DNA from: an uncultured Deferribacteres bacterium
GTDB taxonomy: Bacteria; Zhuqueibacterota; Zhuqueibacteria; Zhuqueibacterales; Geothermadaptataceae
Direction of reading: 5' to 3'
DNA: 16,564 nt
Assembly: GCA_964014485.1 (NCBI GenBank)
Contig: CAXHAT010000174.1
Coordinates: forward strand, 1 to 16,564
The notes beneath the pieces were generated by a model that worked only from the letters and a program-made list of their open reading frames with translations, was not told the origin of the DNA and did no database searches. Both the position numbers and the translations under genes were made by a program. Positions 7,490 through 16,469 of this stretch are shown here, one piece after another. The stretch's first letter is position 1. Each line of letters starts with the position of its first letter.

Positions 7490-8614
7490 CTAAATCTCTT
7501 TAATCGAGCAGAAGCGTATCAGGAAGCCATCGATTTTTTGTGTGAAAGGCGTTTTTAGAAAAGGAACGATGACGTAGTTTTTCCCGTCAGGGTAGAGCGC
7601 ACGAAACGCTTTCAATGACTTTGTTTCAAACCGCTCCGGATTGATCTTGCACTCGACGGTGTGAATTTCACGGCCCTGTTTAATAACAAAATCTATTTCT
7701 CTTCTGGATTTATCACGCCAGAAAAAAAGGTTTATTGAGCTATATTTCGTACGCAAACTATCGAGCACAAGATGTTCCCAAAGCAAACCGCGATCCGTTT
7801 CTCTGATACTATCCCACCCCTTGAGAAAGGTTATCAAACCGGTGTCAAATCCATAACATTTATTTCGACGCGTCATTTCGCGCCGTCCGCCGCCATGAAA
7901 CGGCGGCAGCAAAAACAGCGCATGAGCAACGCACATTGCTTCAATGTGAGCTTTGACTGTTGGACGACTGAGATCACTCAATTTGGCAAGATTTGAATAG
8001 TCGATCAATCCGCCGCTTTGCCTGAGCAAGAGATGTAATAATTTGATAAAACCGGTACGATTGCGAATGCTGAACAACTCCTGGACGTCTCTCGCATAAA
8101 AGCTGTCGATCCATTCCGCAAAAAACGCATCGTCTTTTTCCGTGGTAAGCAGCGGCTCGGGCAGTCCCCCGTGTAACAAGCGATGATCAAAATCAAGAAT
8201 ATCAAATACTTCCGCACACTCGTTCCACAAGATCGGCGGCAAATAAATTGTATGTTTTCGCCCTGTCAAGCTGTCGCGAAACTTGTGGGTGGCTGCAAGC
8301 GTGGACGGTCCCGTCGCTAAAATCTTCAGATGCGGGTAAACGTCGGCGGCAATTTTTAGAACAATGCTCGGGTCATCCAGGCGATGAACCTCGTCAAAAA
8401 TAACAATTGCGTCCTCACTTAGACTATCGAAACATGACTCCGGGTCGACCATCATTCGTGTGACGGACGGCAGGTCGCAATTCAAATAGACCGTATCCGT
8501 AAACATTTTCGCCAGAGTGGTCTTACCGACGCGACGAACGCCTGAAAGCCAGACGACCGAACGCTTTTCCCAAGCTTTATTGATTTGTTCGATCCAGAAT
8601 GGACGAATGACCAT
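7490..8614 (-). CDS. AAA_14 family ATPase with DUF4143 (HTH-like plus PD-(D/E)XK-like) C-terminus
   Basis: Walker A GVRRVGKTT, Walker B VIFDEVH, SLTGR, GGLP, YARDV, HTH-like YSNLAKLSDLSRPTVKAH, KCYGFDTG, GLLWE, and EIDFV...VECK. Confidence 0.9.
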   Translation of the reverse strand: MVIRPFWIEQINKAWEKRSVVWLSGVRRVGKTTLAKMFTDTVYLNCDLPSVTRMMVDPESCFDSLSEDAIVIFDEVHRLDDPSIVLKIAADVYPHLKILATGPSTLAATHKFRDSLTGRKHTIYLPPILWNECAEVFDILDFDHRLLHGGLPEPLLTTEKDDAFFAEWIDSFYARDVQELFSIRNRTGFIKLLHLLLRQSGGLIDYSNLAKLSDLSRPTVKAHIEAMCVAHALFLLPPFHGGGRREMTRRNKCYGFDTGLITFLKGWDSIRETDRGLLWEHLVLDSLRTKYSSINLFFWRDKSRREIDFVIKQGREIHTVECKINPERFETKSLKAFRALYPDGKNYVIVPFLKTPFTQKIDGFLIRFCSIKEI

Positions 8615-8624
8615 AACGCAACCT

Positions 8625-8675
8625 TACTTTACATTTGGACGGCTAAATGTAAAGTACGATTTCGTTTTTTTACAA
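8625..8675 (-). promoter_or_regulatory. Predicted sigma70 promoter of the AAA_14 gene overlapped by a 12-bp inverted repeat (candidate operator)
   Basis: TACTTTACATTT (8625-8636) N8 AAATGTAAAGTA (8645-8656). On the minus strand, TTGTAA (8675-8670), 18 nt, TACATT (8651-8646). Confidence 0.6.
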
Positions 8676-8747
8676 GGTTTTTGGTTGAGGAGTTTTGAAT
8701 AGGATTGAAATAAATTATGCAATCTTTGAGGCGGGCGGCGAGTATCT

Positions 8748-8884
8748 CTGGTTACCAGTTTTATTGCTGGCAACCAAATTCCAATTTGAGAATCCTATTG
8801 TTCGAAAAACTTTTCCCGTGTTTTTCAATTCGAAACTGGGGTTTCAAAAACAAACTTGCTACCAAGCCGCAGCCTGGTAACAAG
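8748..8884. repeat. Degenerate REP/REPIN-like element related to 3330-3452
   Basis: CTGGTTACCAG...CTGGCAACC and GCTACCAAGCCGCAGCCTGGTAACAAG are inverted hairpin ends. TCGAAACTGGGGTTTC (8830-8845) matches 3399-3414 at 15/16. Confidence 0.6.
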
Positions 8885-8916
8885 TTCAGCTCATATCGCG
8901 CTTATTTTTTGCAATG

Positions 8917-11631
8917 TCAACTTTTCAACATATCACGCAAAACGGTTTGCAAAATACCGCCGTTGCGGAAATAGCTGACTTCCACCGGCGTATCGATGCG
9001 AACCGTCGTCGAGAACGTCGTTTTTGCGCCGTCGTCAGTTTCGGCGGCGACTTCAACATCCTGCAACGGTTCTATCGACTCGTCCAGTTTGATCGAGAAT
9101 TTTTCGTGGCCGGTCAAGCCCAGCGACTTGGCGGATTCGCCGTCCTTAAATTGCAGCGGCAACACGCCCATGCCGACAAGATTGCTGCGGTGAATCCGCT
9201 CAAAACTTTCGGCAATGACAGCCTTCACCCCGAGCAGGTTCGTTCCTTTCGCCGCCCAATCGCGCGAACTGCCCGTGCCGTATTCCGTACCCGCCAGTAT
9301 CACCAGCGGCACGCCCTCTTCCTGATAGCGATTCGACGCATCAAAAATCCACATCTCGTCGCCGCTTGGGATGTGTCGTGTCACGCCGCCTTCCACGCCC
9401 GGAACCAACAGGTTTTTCAGGCGAATATTCCCGAAAGTGCCGCGAACCATCACGCGGTCGTTGCCGCGACGCGAACCAAACGAATTGAAGTCTCTTCGCT
9501 CGACGCCGTTCTCGCGCAGATAGTCCGCCGCCGGACTGTTTTTCGGTATCGCGCCGGCTGGAGAAATATGGTCGGTCGTTACGCTGTCGCCCAAAAGCGC
9601 CAGGACGCGCGCGTTTTCAATCGATTGAATCGATCCAGGCTCAGGAGACAGGCCAACGAAAAAGGGCGGCTCCTGAATGTAGGTCGAATCGTCGCGCCAG
9701 GCATAACTCTCGCCGCCAGCAACAGGCACGGCGTTCCACTCAGGATTGAATGAATTGACGTCCGCGTACATGCGCTTGAAATTATCGGGATTGCCGGCGT
9801 TCGCCATGTGCTCGGCGATTTCTTCCGGCGTGGGCCAAACGTCTTCGAGATAAACCGGCGCGCCTTTTTCATCATAACCCAACGGCTCGTCTTCCAAATC
9901 GATGTCGACCGTTCCGGCGAGCGCGTAGGCGATAACCAGCGGCGGCGAAGCGAGATAGTTGGCTTTGGTGTGCGGGTTCACGCGGCCTTCAAAATTCCGG
10001 TTGCCGCTAAGAACCGAAGCCGCAACCAAGTCGTGCTCTGAAATAGCCTCGGAAATGGCTTCGGGCAGCGGGCCGCTGTTGCCGATGCAGGTTGTGCAGC
10101 CGTAGGCGATGATGTGAAAACCGAGTTGTTCAAGGTAAGGCGTAAGTCCGGATTGTTCGAGGTATTCGGTCACCACGCGAGAGCCGGGCGCAAAGCTCGT
10201 TTTTACGTAGCTCGGCATTGAAAGGCCTTTTTCAATCGCTTTCTGCGCCAGCAGACCGGCGCCAATAAGCACCGACGGGTTGCTCGTGTTGGTGCAACTC
10301 GTGATCGCCGCAATAACGACCGAACCGTGCTTCAGCGTATCTTCGCCGTGACCGTTCATCGAAACTTGCGCAGAATTATCCAGTTCGTCATCCTTGAGCG
10401 CGAAGCCGCGATCTTCAAAAGGTGCGACGAGTATTTTCTGGAAAGCGTCTTTCATGTCCGAAACACGCAGACGATCCTGCGGGCGTTTGGGGCCTGCCAA
10501 GCTTGGCTCAACCGTGCTCAAATCTAGCTCAAGCGTATCGGTGAATTCGGGATCAGGCGTTTCATCAGTGCGGAAAAGCCCTTGCTCTTTGGTGTAGCGT
10601 TCCACAAGCTGGATAAGATCGTCCGGGCGACCGGTGCGGCGGAGATAATTCAGGCTTTCCTCATCCATTGGGAAAAAGCCCATGGTTGCGCCGTACTCGG
10701 GTGACATGTTGGAGATCGTGGCGCGATCCGGCAGAGACATTTCGCTGATTCCAGGCCCGTAAAATTCAACAAATTTCCCAACAACGCCTTTTTCGCGCAG
10801 CATTTCCGTCACGCGCAGCGCCAAGTCCGTTGCGGTTGCGCCGGAAGAAAGTTTGCCCGTGAGTTTGAAACCGACAACTTGCGGCGCCAGCATGTAAATC
10901 GGCTGGCCGAGCATCACAGCCTCGGCTTCAATGCCGCCGACGCCCCAGCCAACAACGCCAAGGCCGTTGATCATCGTTGTGTGCGAGTCGGTACCGACGA
11001 GACTGTCCGGATAAACGACGTTCAGGCCATTTTCTAATGCGGTGAAAACGCCCTTGGCCAGGTATTCCAAGTTCACTTGATGCACGATCCCAACGCCCGG
11101 CGGCACGACCGAAAATTTTTCAAAAGCTTGCTGGCCCCATTTCAAAAATTCGTAGCGTTCGCGGTTGCGTTGGAATTCAATTTTCATATTCTCAGCCAAA
11201 GCGTCACGCGAAGCATAACGATCAACTTGCACGGAATGATCGACGACAAGATCGACGGGAATGAGCGGCTCAATTTTTTGCGGATCGCCGCCCAGGCGTT
11301 GCATGGCGGAACGCATCGCGGCCAAATCGACCAATGCCGGAACGCCGGTGAAATCCTGCAGAACAACGCGCGCCGGTTTAAAGGGAATTTCCACCTGTTT
11401 CTTGGCTTTTGCTTCCCAATTCGCAAGGTTGACGACATCTTTTTTCGCCACGACGTATTCGTCGCAATTGCGCAAAAGCGACTCCAGCAAAACCTTGATT
11501 GAAAACGGCAGTTTCGAAATATTTCCAACGCCGTCTTTTTCCAAAGTTGCAAGTTTGTACATGTATGCGGCGCCGTCCGGCGTTTCAAACTTCGTACGCG
11601 CGCCAAAAGCGTTTTTGGTAACTTGGCTCAT
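8917..11631 (-). CDS. acnA: Aconitate hydratase A
   Basis: 904 aa; [43 protein letters not shown] and [11 protein letters not shown] (Fe-S Cys), [20 protein letters not shown]. Confidence 0.97.
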   Translation of the reverse strand: MSQVTKNAFGARTKFETPDGAAYMYKLATLEKDGVGNISKLPFSIKVLLESLLRNCDEYVVAKKDVVNLANWEAKAKKQVEIPFKPARVVLQDFTGVPALVDLAAMRSAMQRLGGDPQKIEPLIPVDLVVDHSVQVDRYASRDALAENMKIEFQRNRERYEFLKWGQQAFEKFSVVPPGVGIVHQVNLEYLAKGVFTALENGLNVVYPDSLVGTDSHTTMINGLGVVGWGVGGIEAEAVMLGQPIYMLAPQVVGFKLTGKLSSGATATDLALRVTEMLREKGVVGKFVEFYGPGISEMSLPDRATISNMSPEYGATMGFFPMDEESLNYLRRTGRPDDLIQLVERYTKEQGLFRTDETPDPEFTDTLELDLSTVEPSLAGPKRPQDRLRVSDMKDAFQKILVAPFEDRGFALKDDELDNSAQVSMNGHGEDTLKHGSVVIAAITSCTNTSNPSVLIGAGLLAQKAIEKGLSMPSYVKTSFAPGSRVVTEYLEQSGLTPYLEQLGFHIIAYGCTTCIGNSGPLPEAISEAISEHDLVAASVLSGNRNFEGRVNPHTKANYLASPPLVIAYALAGTVDIDLEDEPLGYDEKGAPVYLEDVWPTPEEIAEHMANAGNPDNFKRMYADVNSFNPEWNAVPVAGGESYAWRDDSTYIQEPPFFVGLSPEPGSIQSIENARVLALLGDSVTTDHISPAGAIPKNSPAADYLRENGVERRDFNSFGSRRGNDRVMVRGTFGNIRLKNLLVPGVEGGVTRHIPSGDEMWIFDASNRYQEEGVPLVILAGTEYGTGSSRDWAAKGTNLLGVKAVIAESFERIHRSNLVGMGVLPLQFKDGESAKSLGLTGHEKFSIKLDESIEPLQDVEVAAETDDGAKTTFSTTVRIDTPVEVSYFRNGGILQTVLRDMLKS

Positions 11632-11639
11632 GTAAGTGA

Positions 11640-11684
11640 CTCCTTCCTTTCAAAATTTCTTGACGATGAATAGCCAATATTATA
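11640..11684 (-). promoter_or_regulatory. acnA ribosome-binding site and candidate -10 box
   Basis: Minus strand TATAAT at 11684-11679 and GGAAGGAG at 11647-11640; no convincing -35. Confidence 0.4.
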
Positions 11685-11726
11685 GCGAAAAATTGCCTCG
11701 AAAAGAACAAAATTCTCTGTTACAAA

Positions 11727-12020
11727 TTGACGTTACGCACGGCAACGCACATCTTGAGTCCTGGGGCAAACTTCGTTTCATTAGCGCCGAGCTTCAGCTC
11801 AGTGATGCGCAAAACGCCCATTTTCAAAAATCGGGGCTGTCTAAAAACATGGTCTCTGAATGAATGGCATACCAAATGTAGGGGTTCAAAATTTTGAACC
11901 CCTACGACATGTTGTGTCACACTCTAAAAATATTCTGTTTTGAGAGTGCCCCTTAATGAGAATCAAAAGTTGCCCGTGGACTTTGATCGCCTGTGCCAAA
12001 CGGTGCATGCGTAAAACCAG
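11727..12020. mobile_element. MITE copy C, 7-bp TSD TTACAAA, homologous to copy B with a nested insertion
   Basis: Left TTGACGTTACGCA, right TGCGTAAAACCAG (12008-12020). TTACAAA at 11720-11726 and 12021-12027. Shares long segments with B (TCATTAGCGCCG.GCTTCAGC...TGATGC.CAAAACGCCCATTTT; TAATGAGAATCAAAAGTTGCCCG). Confidence 0.85.
11833..11952. mobile_element. Nested ~120-bp element with imperfect TIRs and a central GTAG-type REP palindrome
   Basis: GGGGCTGTCTAAAAAC vs GTTTTGAGAGTGCCCC (13/16 inverted). Perfect 28-bp palindrome GTAGGGGTTCAAAATTTTGAACCCCTAC at 11878-11905. The segment is absent from copy B. Confidence 0.65.
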
Positions 12021-12043
12021 TTACAAATTACAGAAAACGTCGA

Positions 12044-13063
12044 TCAAGCCGCGGACAAAACATCTTCCGTTTCGGCTGCGCCGACGTTTGGCATGTTCGC
12101 AATTGTTTCCGCATATTCCGCTGCAAATTTTTCCATGATTCCTTCAATCGAATCCACTTCGTCGATCAACCCGACGCCCTGCCCGGCGCCCCACAATTCT
12201 TTCCAGGTCGGTTTTTTCGCGGCTTCCGTGAGCGGCTTAATGCTGCGCATCGTGCGATAGGCCATCATCATTGGGCGCAGCTTGCGGCTTTTGAACAGCA
12301 GTTTTTCAAACACGTTCAATTGCGTGCCTTTTTTCTGCACATACTTGGTGTTGATCACGTTCGCCGGTACGCCGTCGAGCTTGTAGGTCGTGACAATGTC
12401 GTGCGGCTCGGATTCGACAATCGCGTCCTTGTAGTTTTGCACCACCGGACATTCCTTGCTGGCGATAAAACGCGTACCAATGGAAGCGCCGTCCGCGCCA
12501 AGAGCAAGCATAGCCGCCAAGCCGCGACCGTCAGTGATGTTGCCCGCGGCCAAAATTGGCACGTCAAAATGTTTTTTGAGAAACGGAACCCAAACCATCG
12601 ACGAAATGGCGCCGCCGTGTCCGCCCGCCCCGCCGCAAACGGCGATCAGCCCGTGCGCCCCAGCATTCACCGCTTTTTGCGCGTGTTCTTTGCGGATCAC
12701 GTCGCAAAAAACTTTTGTCCCAACTTCGTCAGCCTTTTTAATAAGCTCAGACGGATCGCCGAGAGATGCGATGATCATCGGGACTTTTTCTTCCAGGCAA
12801 ATTTCCATCTGCTTGGGAAAATAAATATTCGTCCGGTTGACGATTAAATTTACGGCGTAAGGCTTATCGGTTTGCTTTTTGACCGCCTGCAGCCATTCAC
12901 GCAATTTTTCCACCGGTCGTGCGTTCAAAGCGGGAAAAGCGCCGACGCCGCCCGCTTCGCTCCCCGCTACGGTCATCCCCACGTCGCTGACCAAAAACAT
13001 CGGCGCCACAATAATCGGCATGTCGCATCCCATCATCTCGGTAAATCGTGTTTGAATCTTCAT
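12044..13063 (-). CDS. Nitronate monooxygenase / 2-nitropropane dioxygenase (FabK-like) flavoprotein
   Basis: Likely start MKIQTRF at 13063; PIIVAPMF, GAGGHGG, PILAAGNITDG, LGADGASIGTRFIA, WGAGQGVGLI. Confidence 0.88.
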   Translation of the reverse strand: MKIQTRFTEMMGCDMPIIVAPMFLVSDVGMTVAGSEAGGVGAFPALNARPVEKLREWLQAVKKQTDKPYAVNLIVNRTNIYFPKQMEICLEEKVPMIIASLGDPSELIKKADEVGTKVFCDVIRKEHAQKAVNAGAHGLIAVCGGAGGHGGAISSMVWVPFLKKHFDVPILAAGNITDGRGLAAMLALGADGASIGTRFIASKECPVVQNYKDAIVESEPHDIVTTYKLDGVPANVINTKYVQKKGTQLNVFEKLLFKSRKLRPMMMAYRTMRSIKPLTEAAKKPTWKELWGAGQGVGLIDEVDSIEGIMEKFAAEYAETIANMPNVGAAETEDVLSAA

Positions 13064-13184
13064 TTTAACGCCTTTGGAAATGGAATTTCTTAAAAAATTC
13101 ACCAAGAATACGTATCTTCAACGCAATGTGAATGGAAATTTTGACCAGCCAATTGATTCATTTGATCATCTACAATTTTCGACT

Positions 13185-13460
13185 ATGAAAAAGCCAAAAC
13201 AAATGATCAGGCTCATCCTGGGCGGCGTTTTTCTCATCTTGGGGATTCTGGGGTTGTTCTTGCCCTTTTTGCAAGGGTTGCTGTTCCTTTTTATCGGCAT
13301 CTCCCTGCTCGCCCGAGACATTCCGTTTTTTAACCGAATCTTACAAACGCTCAAAAAACGCTATCCAAAAGTTGAATCGGCAATAAACAAATTTAAAGAA
13401 AAATTTGGCGCGCTGCGCTCAAAAAACGATAATTTTTGGCAAGGAAAGAAAAATGCTTAA
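13185..13460 (+). CDS. Small membrane protein, PGPGW/DUF454-like
   Basis: Hydrophobic hairpin LILGGVFLILGILGLFLPFLQGLLFLFIGISLLA followed by a basic amphipathic tail. Start ATG 13185 or 13203; overlaps the next start by 8 nt. Confidence 0.65.
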   Translation: MKKPKQMIRLILGGVFLILGILGLFLPFLQGLLFLFIGISLLARDIPFFNRILQTLKKRYPKVESAINKFKEKFGALRSKNDNFWQGKKNA

Positions 13461-14817
13461 ATCCATCAGCCCGGTCACCGGTGCTTTGATTCAATCTTAT
13501 TCGGAAATGTCGCGGGAACAAATCCAAACGGTCATTCAAAAGACGCACCGGGCGCATTTAATTTGGCGTCATACAACGTTTTCTGAGCGCATCAAACGCT
13601 TGAAAAAGCTAAGCGATTTGTTGCGGCAGGAAATAGAAACGCATGCACGGCTGGTGACGCTGGAAATGGGCAAGCCAATCAAAGAAGCGCGCGCGGAGAT
13701 CGAGAAATGCGCCTGGGTTTGCGATTATTACGCGGAAAATGCTGAACGCTTTTTAGCCGATTTGCCGATCAAGACGGACGCGGGGAAGAGCTTCGTTTCG
13801 TATCAGCCCCTCGGCGTGGTTTTGGCGATCATGCCGTGGAATTTCCCTTACTGGCAAGTGTTGCGCTTTGCCGCCCCCACCCTGACGGCGGGCAACGGCG
13901 TTTTGTTGAAACACGCCCCAAACGTGACGGGCTGCGCTTTGGCCATTGAAACCCTCTTCCTCCAGGCCGGTTTTCCGGAAAATGTGTTTACGACGCTGCG
14001 CGCGGACGTCGATCACGTCTCGGGGATGATCGAAAATCCGCTCGTGCGCGCCGTTACGCTCACAGGCAGCACGCGGGCGGGAAGTGCGGTGGCGCAAAAA
14101 GCGGGCGAAATGTTGAAAAAAACGGTTTTGGAATTAGGCGGCAGCGATCCTTACATCATTCTGGAAGATGCGGACTTGGAAGCCGCCGCAACGGCTTGCG
14201 TCACCAGCCGCCTAATCAATTCCGGGCAAAGTTGCGTCGCCGCCAAGCGCTTTATTGTACCGGAATCTATCGCCGAACGTTTTGAAGGCCTGATGGTGGA
14301 AAAAATGCGCGCAATGCAAACGGGCGATCCGATGTTGGAAGAAACACAAATCGGCCCACTGGCGCGGACTGATTTGCGCGACAATTTGCATCGTCAGGTG
14401 ACGAAAAGTATTTCCGCCGGAGCGACTTGTCTGCTCGGCGGAAAAATCCCGCCCGGAGACGGTGCATTCTACCCGCCGACCGTTTTGGGCAACGTACAAC
14501 AAGGAATGCCGGCCTATCACGAAGAACTTTTTGGGCCGGTGGCAAGCATCATCACGGTTAAAGACGAAAGCGAAGCCATTCTCGTCGCAAACAGTTCCGC
14601 TTACGGCCTTGGGGCAGCAATTTTCACGGGTGACGCAGCAAAGGGCGAACGCATTGCGAAATATGAACTGGAAGCGGGCAACTGTTTTGTCAATGATTTC
14701 GTTAAATCCGATCCGCGCCTGCCGTTTGGCGGCGTGAAGCAAAGCGGAATTGGTCGCGAATTGTCGCACTTCGGAATCCATGAGTTTGTGAATATAAAAA
14801 CGGTTTACCGCAAGTAG
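13453..14817 (+). CDS. NAD(P)-dependent succinate-semialdehyde dehydrogenase (Sad/GabD1-like aldehyde dehydrogenase)
   Basis: AAGGA before ATG 13453; IMPWNFPYWQ, LKHAPN, TLTGSTRAG, LELGGSDP, NSGQSCVA (catalytic Cys), EELFGPV, PFGGVKQSGIGRE. Confidence 0.9.
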   Translation: MLKSISPVTGALIQSYSEMSREQIQTVIQKTHRAHLIWRHTTFSERIKRLKKLSDLLRQEIETHARLVTLEMGKPIKEARAEIEKCAWVCDYYAENAERFLADLPIKTDAGKSFVSYQPLGVVLAIMPWNFPYWQVLRFAAPTLTAGNGVLLKHAPNVTGCALAIETLFLQAGFPENVFTTLRADVDHVSGMIENPLVRAVTLTGSTRAGSAVAQKAGEMLKKTVLELGGSDPYIILEDADLEAAATACVTSRLINSGQSCVAAKRFIVPESIAERFEGLMVEKMRAMQTGDPMLEETQIGPLARTDLRDNLHRQVTKSISAGATCLLGGKIPPGDGAFYPPTVLGNVQQGMPAYHEELFGPVASIITVKDESEAILVANSSAYGLGAAIFTGDAAKGERIAKYELEAGNCFVNDFVKSDPRLPFGGVKQSGIGRELSHFGIHEFVNIKTVYRK

Positions 14818-14821
14818 TTTT

Positions 14822-16261
14822 ATGATTGTTTTTTGGACCCTCTACCTCGCCTCCCTCGCGCTCTTGCCCGTAGCAATTACAAAGAAAAAAAAGCCCGCCG
14901 CGTCTGTAGCCTGGCTGCTCGCGATTGCATTCATTCCGATTCTCGGCGGCCTGCTGTTCCTAACTTTCGGGACGGATCGCATCGTCAACAAAGGCCGGAA
15001 AAAGCTCTTTTCAAACGAGGAATTGGAGAAACAACTGCGCCGCATCGAGAGTGAATGGGCTCCGGTTGTTGAAGATTCCGCTTCAGCGGAGAAACTGCCG
15101 GACGCGTTGGACAACATTCGCGTCGTCGCTCGAAAATTCGGCCTGTTCGACACGCTGGGGCGCAACAAAGTCACCTTGCTCATCGACGCCGAGGAAATTT
15201 ACAACAAAATGGAGCAAGCCATTCTTCAGGCGAAGGATCACATCAATTTGGAGTACTACATTTTTGAACCGGACGCGGTCGGCCTTAGATTTCGCGACCT
15301 GCTGATCAAAAAAGCGCGGGAAGGCGTGCGCATCAATTTCCTTTATGACGCCGTCGGCTCGATCCACTTGGGCTGGAGCAGGAAATTTTTGGCGCCGCTT
15401 CGGGAAGCAGGGGTCGAGCCGATTGATTTCATGCCGTTGCGCACGTTCTTTCAGCCCTGGAACATGAATCTGCGCAATCATAGAAAAATTATGGTGATCG
15501 ACGACGAAATCGCCTTCACCGGCAGCTTGAACATCGGCGAAGATTTCATATGTGAAAATGACAAAGGCGGCAAACGTTGGCGCGAAACGCACGTGATGAT
15601 CGAAGGCCCCGCCGTGGCGCAATTGCAGTGGGTGTTTTGTGAAGACTGGTATTTTGCGACCGGCGAAGAACTGCTGAACGATCATTATTTTCACAAAGTC
15701 AAGGCGGCGGGTGATCACATTCTGCAAGTCGTCCCCGGCGGGCCGGACGTACGCGAGGCGGCGATTTCCAAAGCGATTGTGACCGCCGTTTCCCAAGCAC
15801 AAGCCAAAATCTATTTGACGACGCCCTATTTTATTCCCGATGCGCCGCTGGACATGGCGCTGCAACTGGCGGCGCTGCACGGGGCGGATGTTCGCATTAT
15901 CGTGCCGAAAAAATCCGATCATCCGTACGTGGCGCTCGCCGGGCGTTCATACTACGAAGATTTACTCCACGCAGGCGTTCGCATTTTTGAATATGACGCC
16001 GGCTTTATTCACGCCAAAATGCTGGTTATCGACGAGCAATTTACGGTGATCGGCTCTGCAAATACCGACTTGCGCAGCTTCGGCTACAACTTCGAAGCGA
16101 ATGTGCACATGTATGATCGTTCGCTTGCGCTGCAAGCGGAAGAAATTTTTCTCAACGATTTGAGCAATTGCAAAGAAATCGAAGAGACGCATTTTCTAAA
16201 GCGCCCGGCAAGAGCGCGATTCGCTGAAAATTTTTGCCGTTTGTTCAGTGCGTTGATGTAG
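14822..16261 (+). CDS. cls: Cardiolipin synthase
   Basis: Two N-terminal TM helices (AWLLAIAFIPILG), two HKD motifs (NHRKIMVID, IHAKMLVID), TPYFIP and GSANTDLRSF.NFE. Confidence 0.92.
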   Translation: MIVFWTLYLASLALLPVAITKKKKPAASVAWLLAIAFIPILGGLLFLTFGTDRIVNKGRKKLFSNEELEKQLRRIESEWAPVVEDSASAEKLPDALDNIRVVARKFGLFDTLGRNKVTLLIDAEEIYNKMEQAILQAKDHINLEYYIFEPDAVGLRFRDLLIKKAREGVRINFLYDAVGSIHLGWSRKFLAPLREAGVEPIDFMPLRTFFQPWNMNLRNHRKIMVIDDEIAFTGSLNIGEDFICENDKGGKRWRETHVMIEGPAVAQLQWVFCEDWYFATGEELLNDHYFHKVKAAGDHILQVVPGGPDVREAAISKAIVTAVSQAQAKIYLTTPYFIPDAPLDMALQLAALHGADVRIIVPKKSDHPYVALAGRSYYEDLLHAGVRIFEYDAGFIHAKMLVIDEQFTVIGSANTDLRSFGYNFEANVHMYDRSLALQAEEIFLNDLSNCKEIEETHFLKRPARARFAENFCRLFSALM

Positions 16262-16469
16262 GAATTCATCAGCATCTCGCCCATCGTTGCCCCTCAACCG
16301 ACAAAGCTCCCGCCGTGTAAATTTTTCATACAGTTTTTAAAATTACATATTCGAACGAGCCCGGCAGGATTTGAAATTCATTACGCTCCCAGGTCGCCAT
16401 GTTATCACTCGTTTATCCTTCCCAGGCAACTTCGCCATCAAATATTGCCTGCAGATCATTTGTTATTAA

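Noticed and set aside
8917..11631. Aconitase as the homoaconitase of the LysW/aminoadipate pathway
   Set aside because: It is a typical ~900-aa AcnA, 6 kb away on the opposite strand. Bacterial homoaconitases are usually two-subunit LeuC/LeuD-like enzymes.
7124..12020. Repeats B and C as a CRISPR array, attL/attR pair or composite transposon around the ATPase and acnA
   Set aside because: No regular repeat-spacer pattern and no integrase. Each copy has its own distinct 7-bp duplication, showing independent insertions.
8914..16192. Long antisense ORFs (8914-9753, 11993-12847, 14212-14781, 15083-15922)
   Set aside because: Shadow frames opposite well-supported genes, expected from codon bias in GC-rich coding DNA.
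16262..16469. Minus-strand coding remnant (LITNDLQAIFDGEVAWEG*) possibly interrupted by MITE D, plus a 24-aa ORF
   Set aside because: Too short to assign; needs sequence beyond the window.
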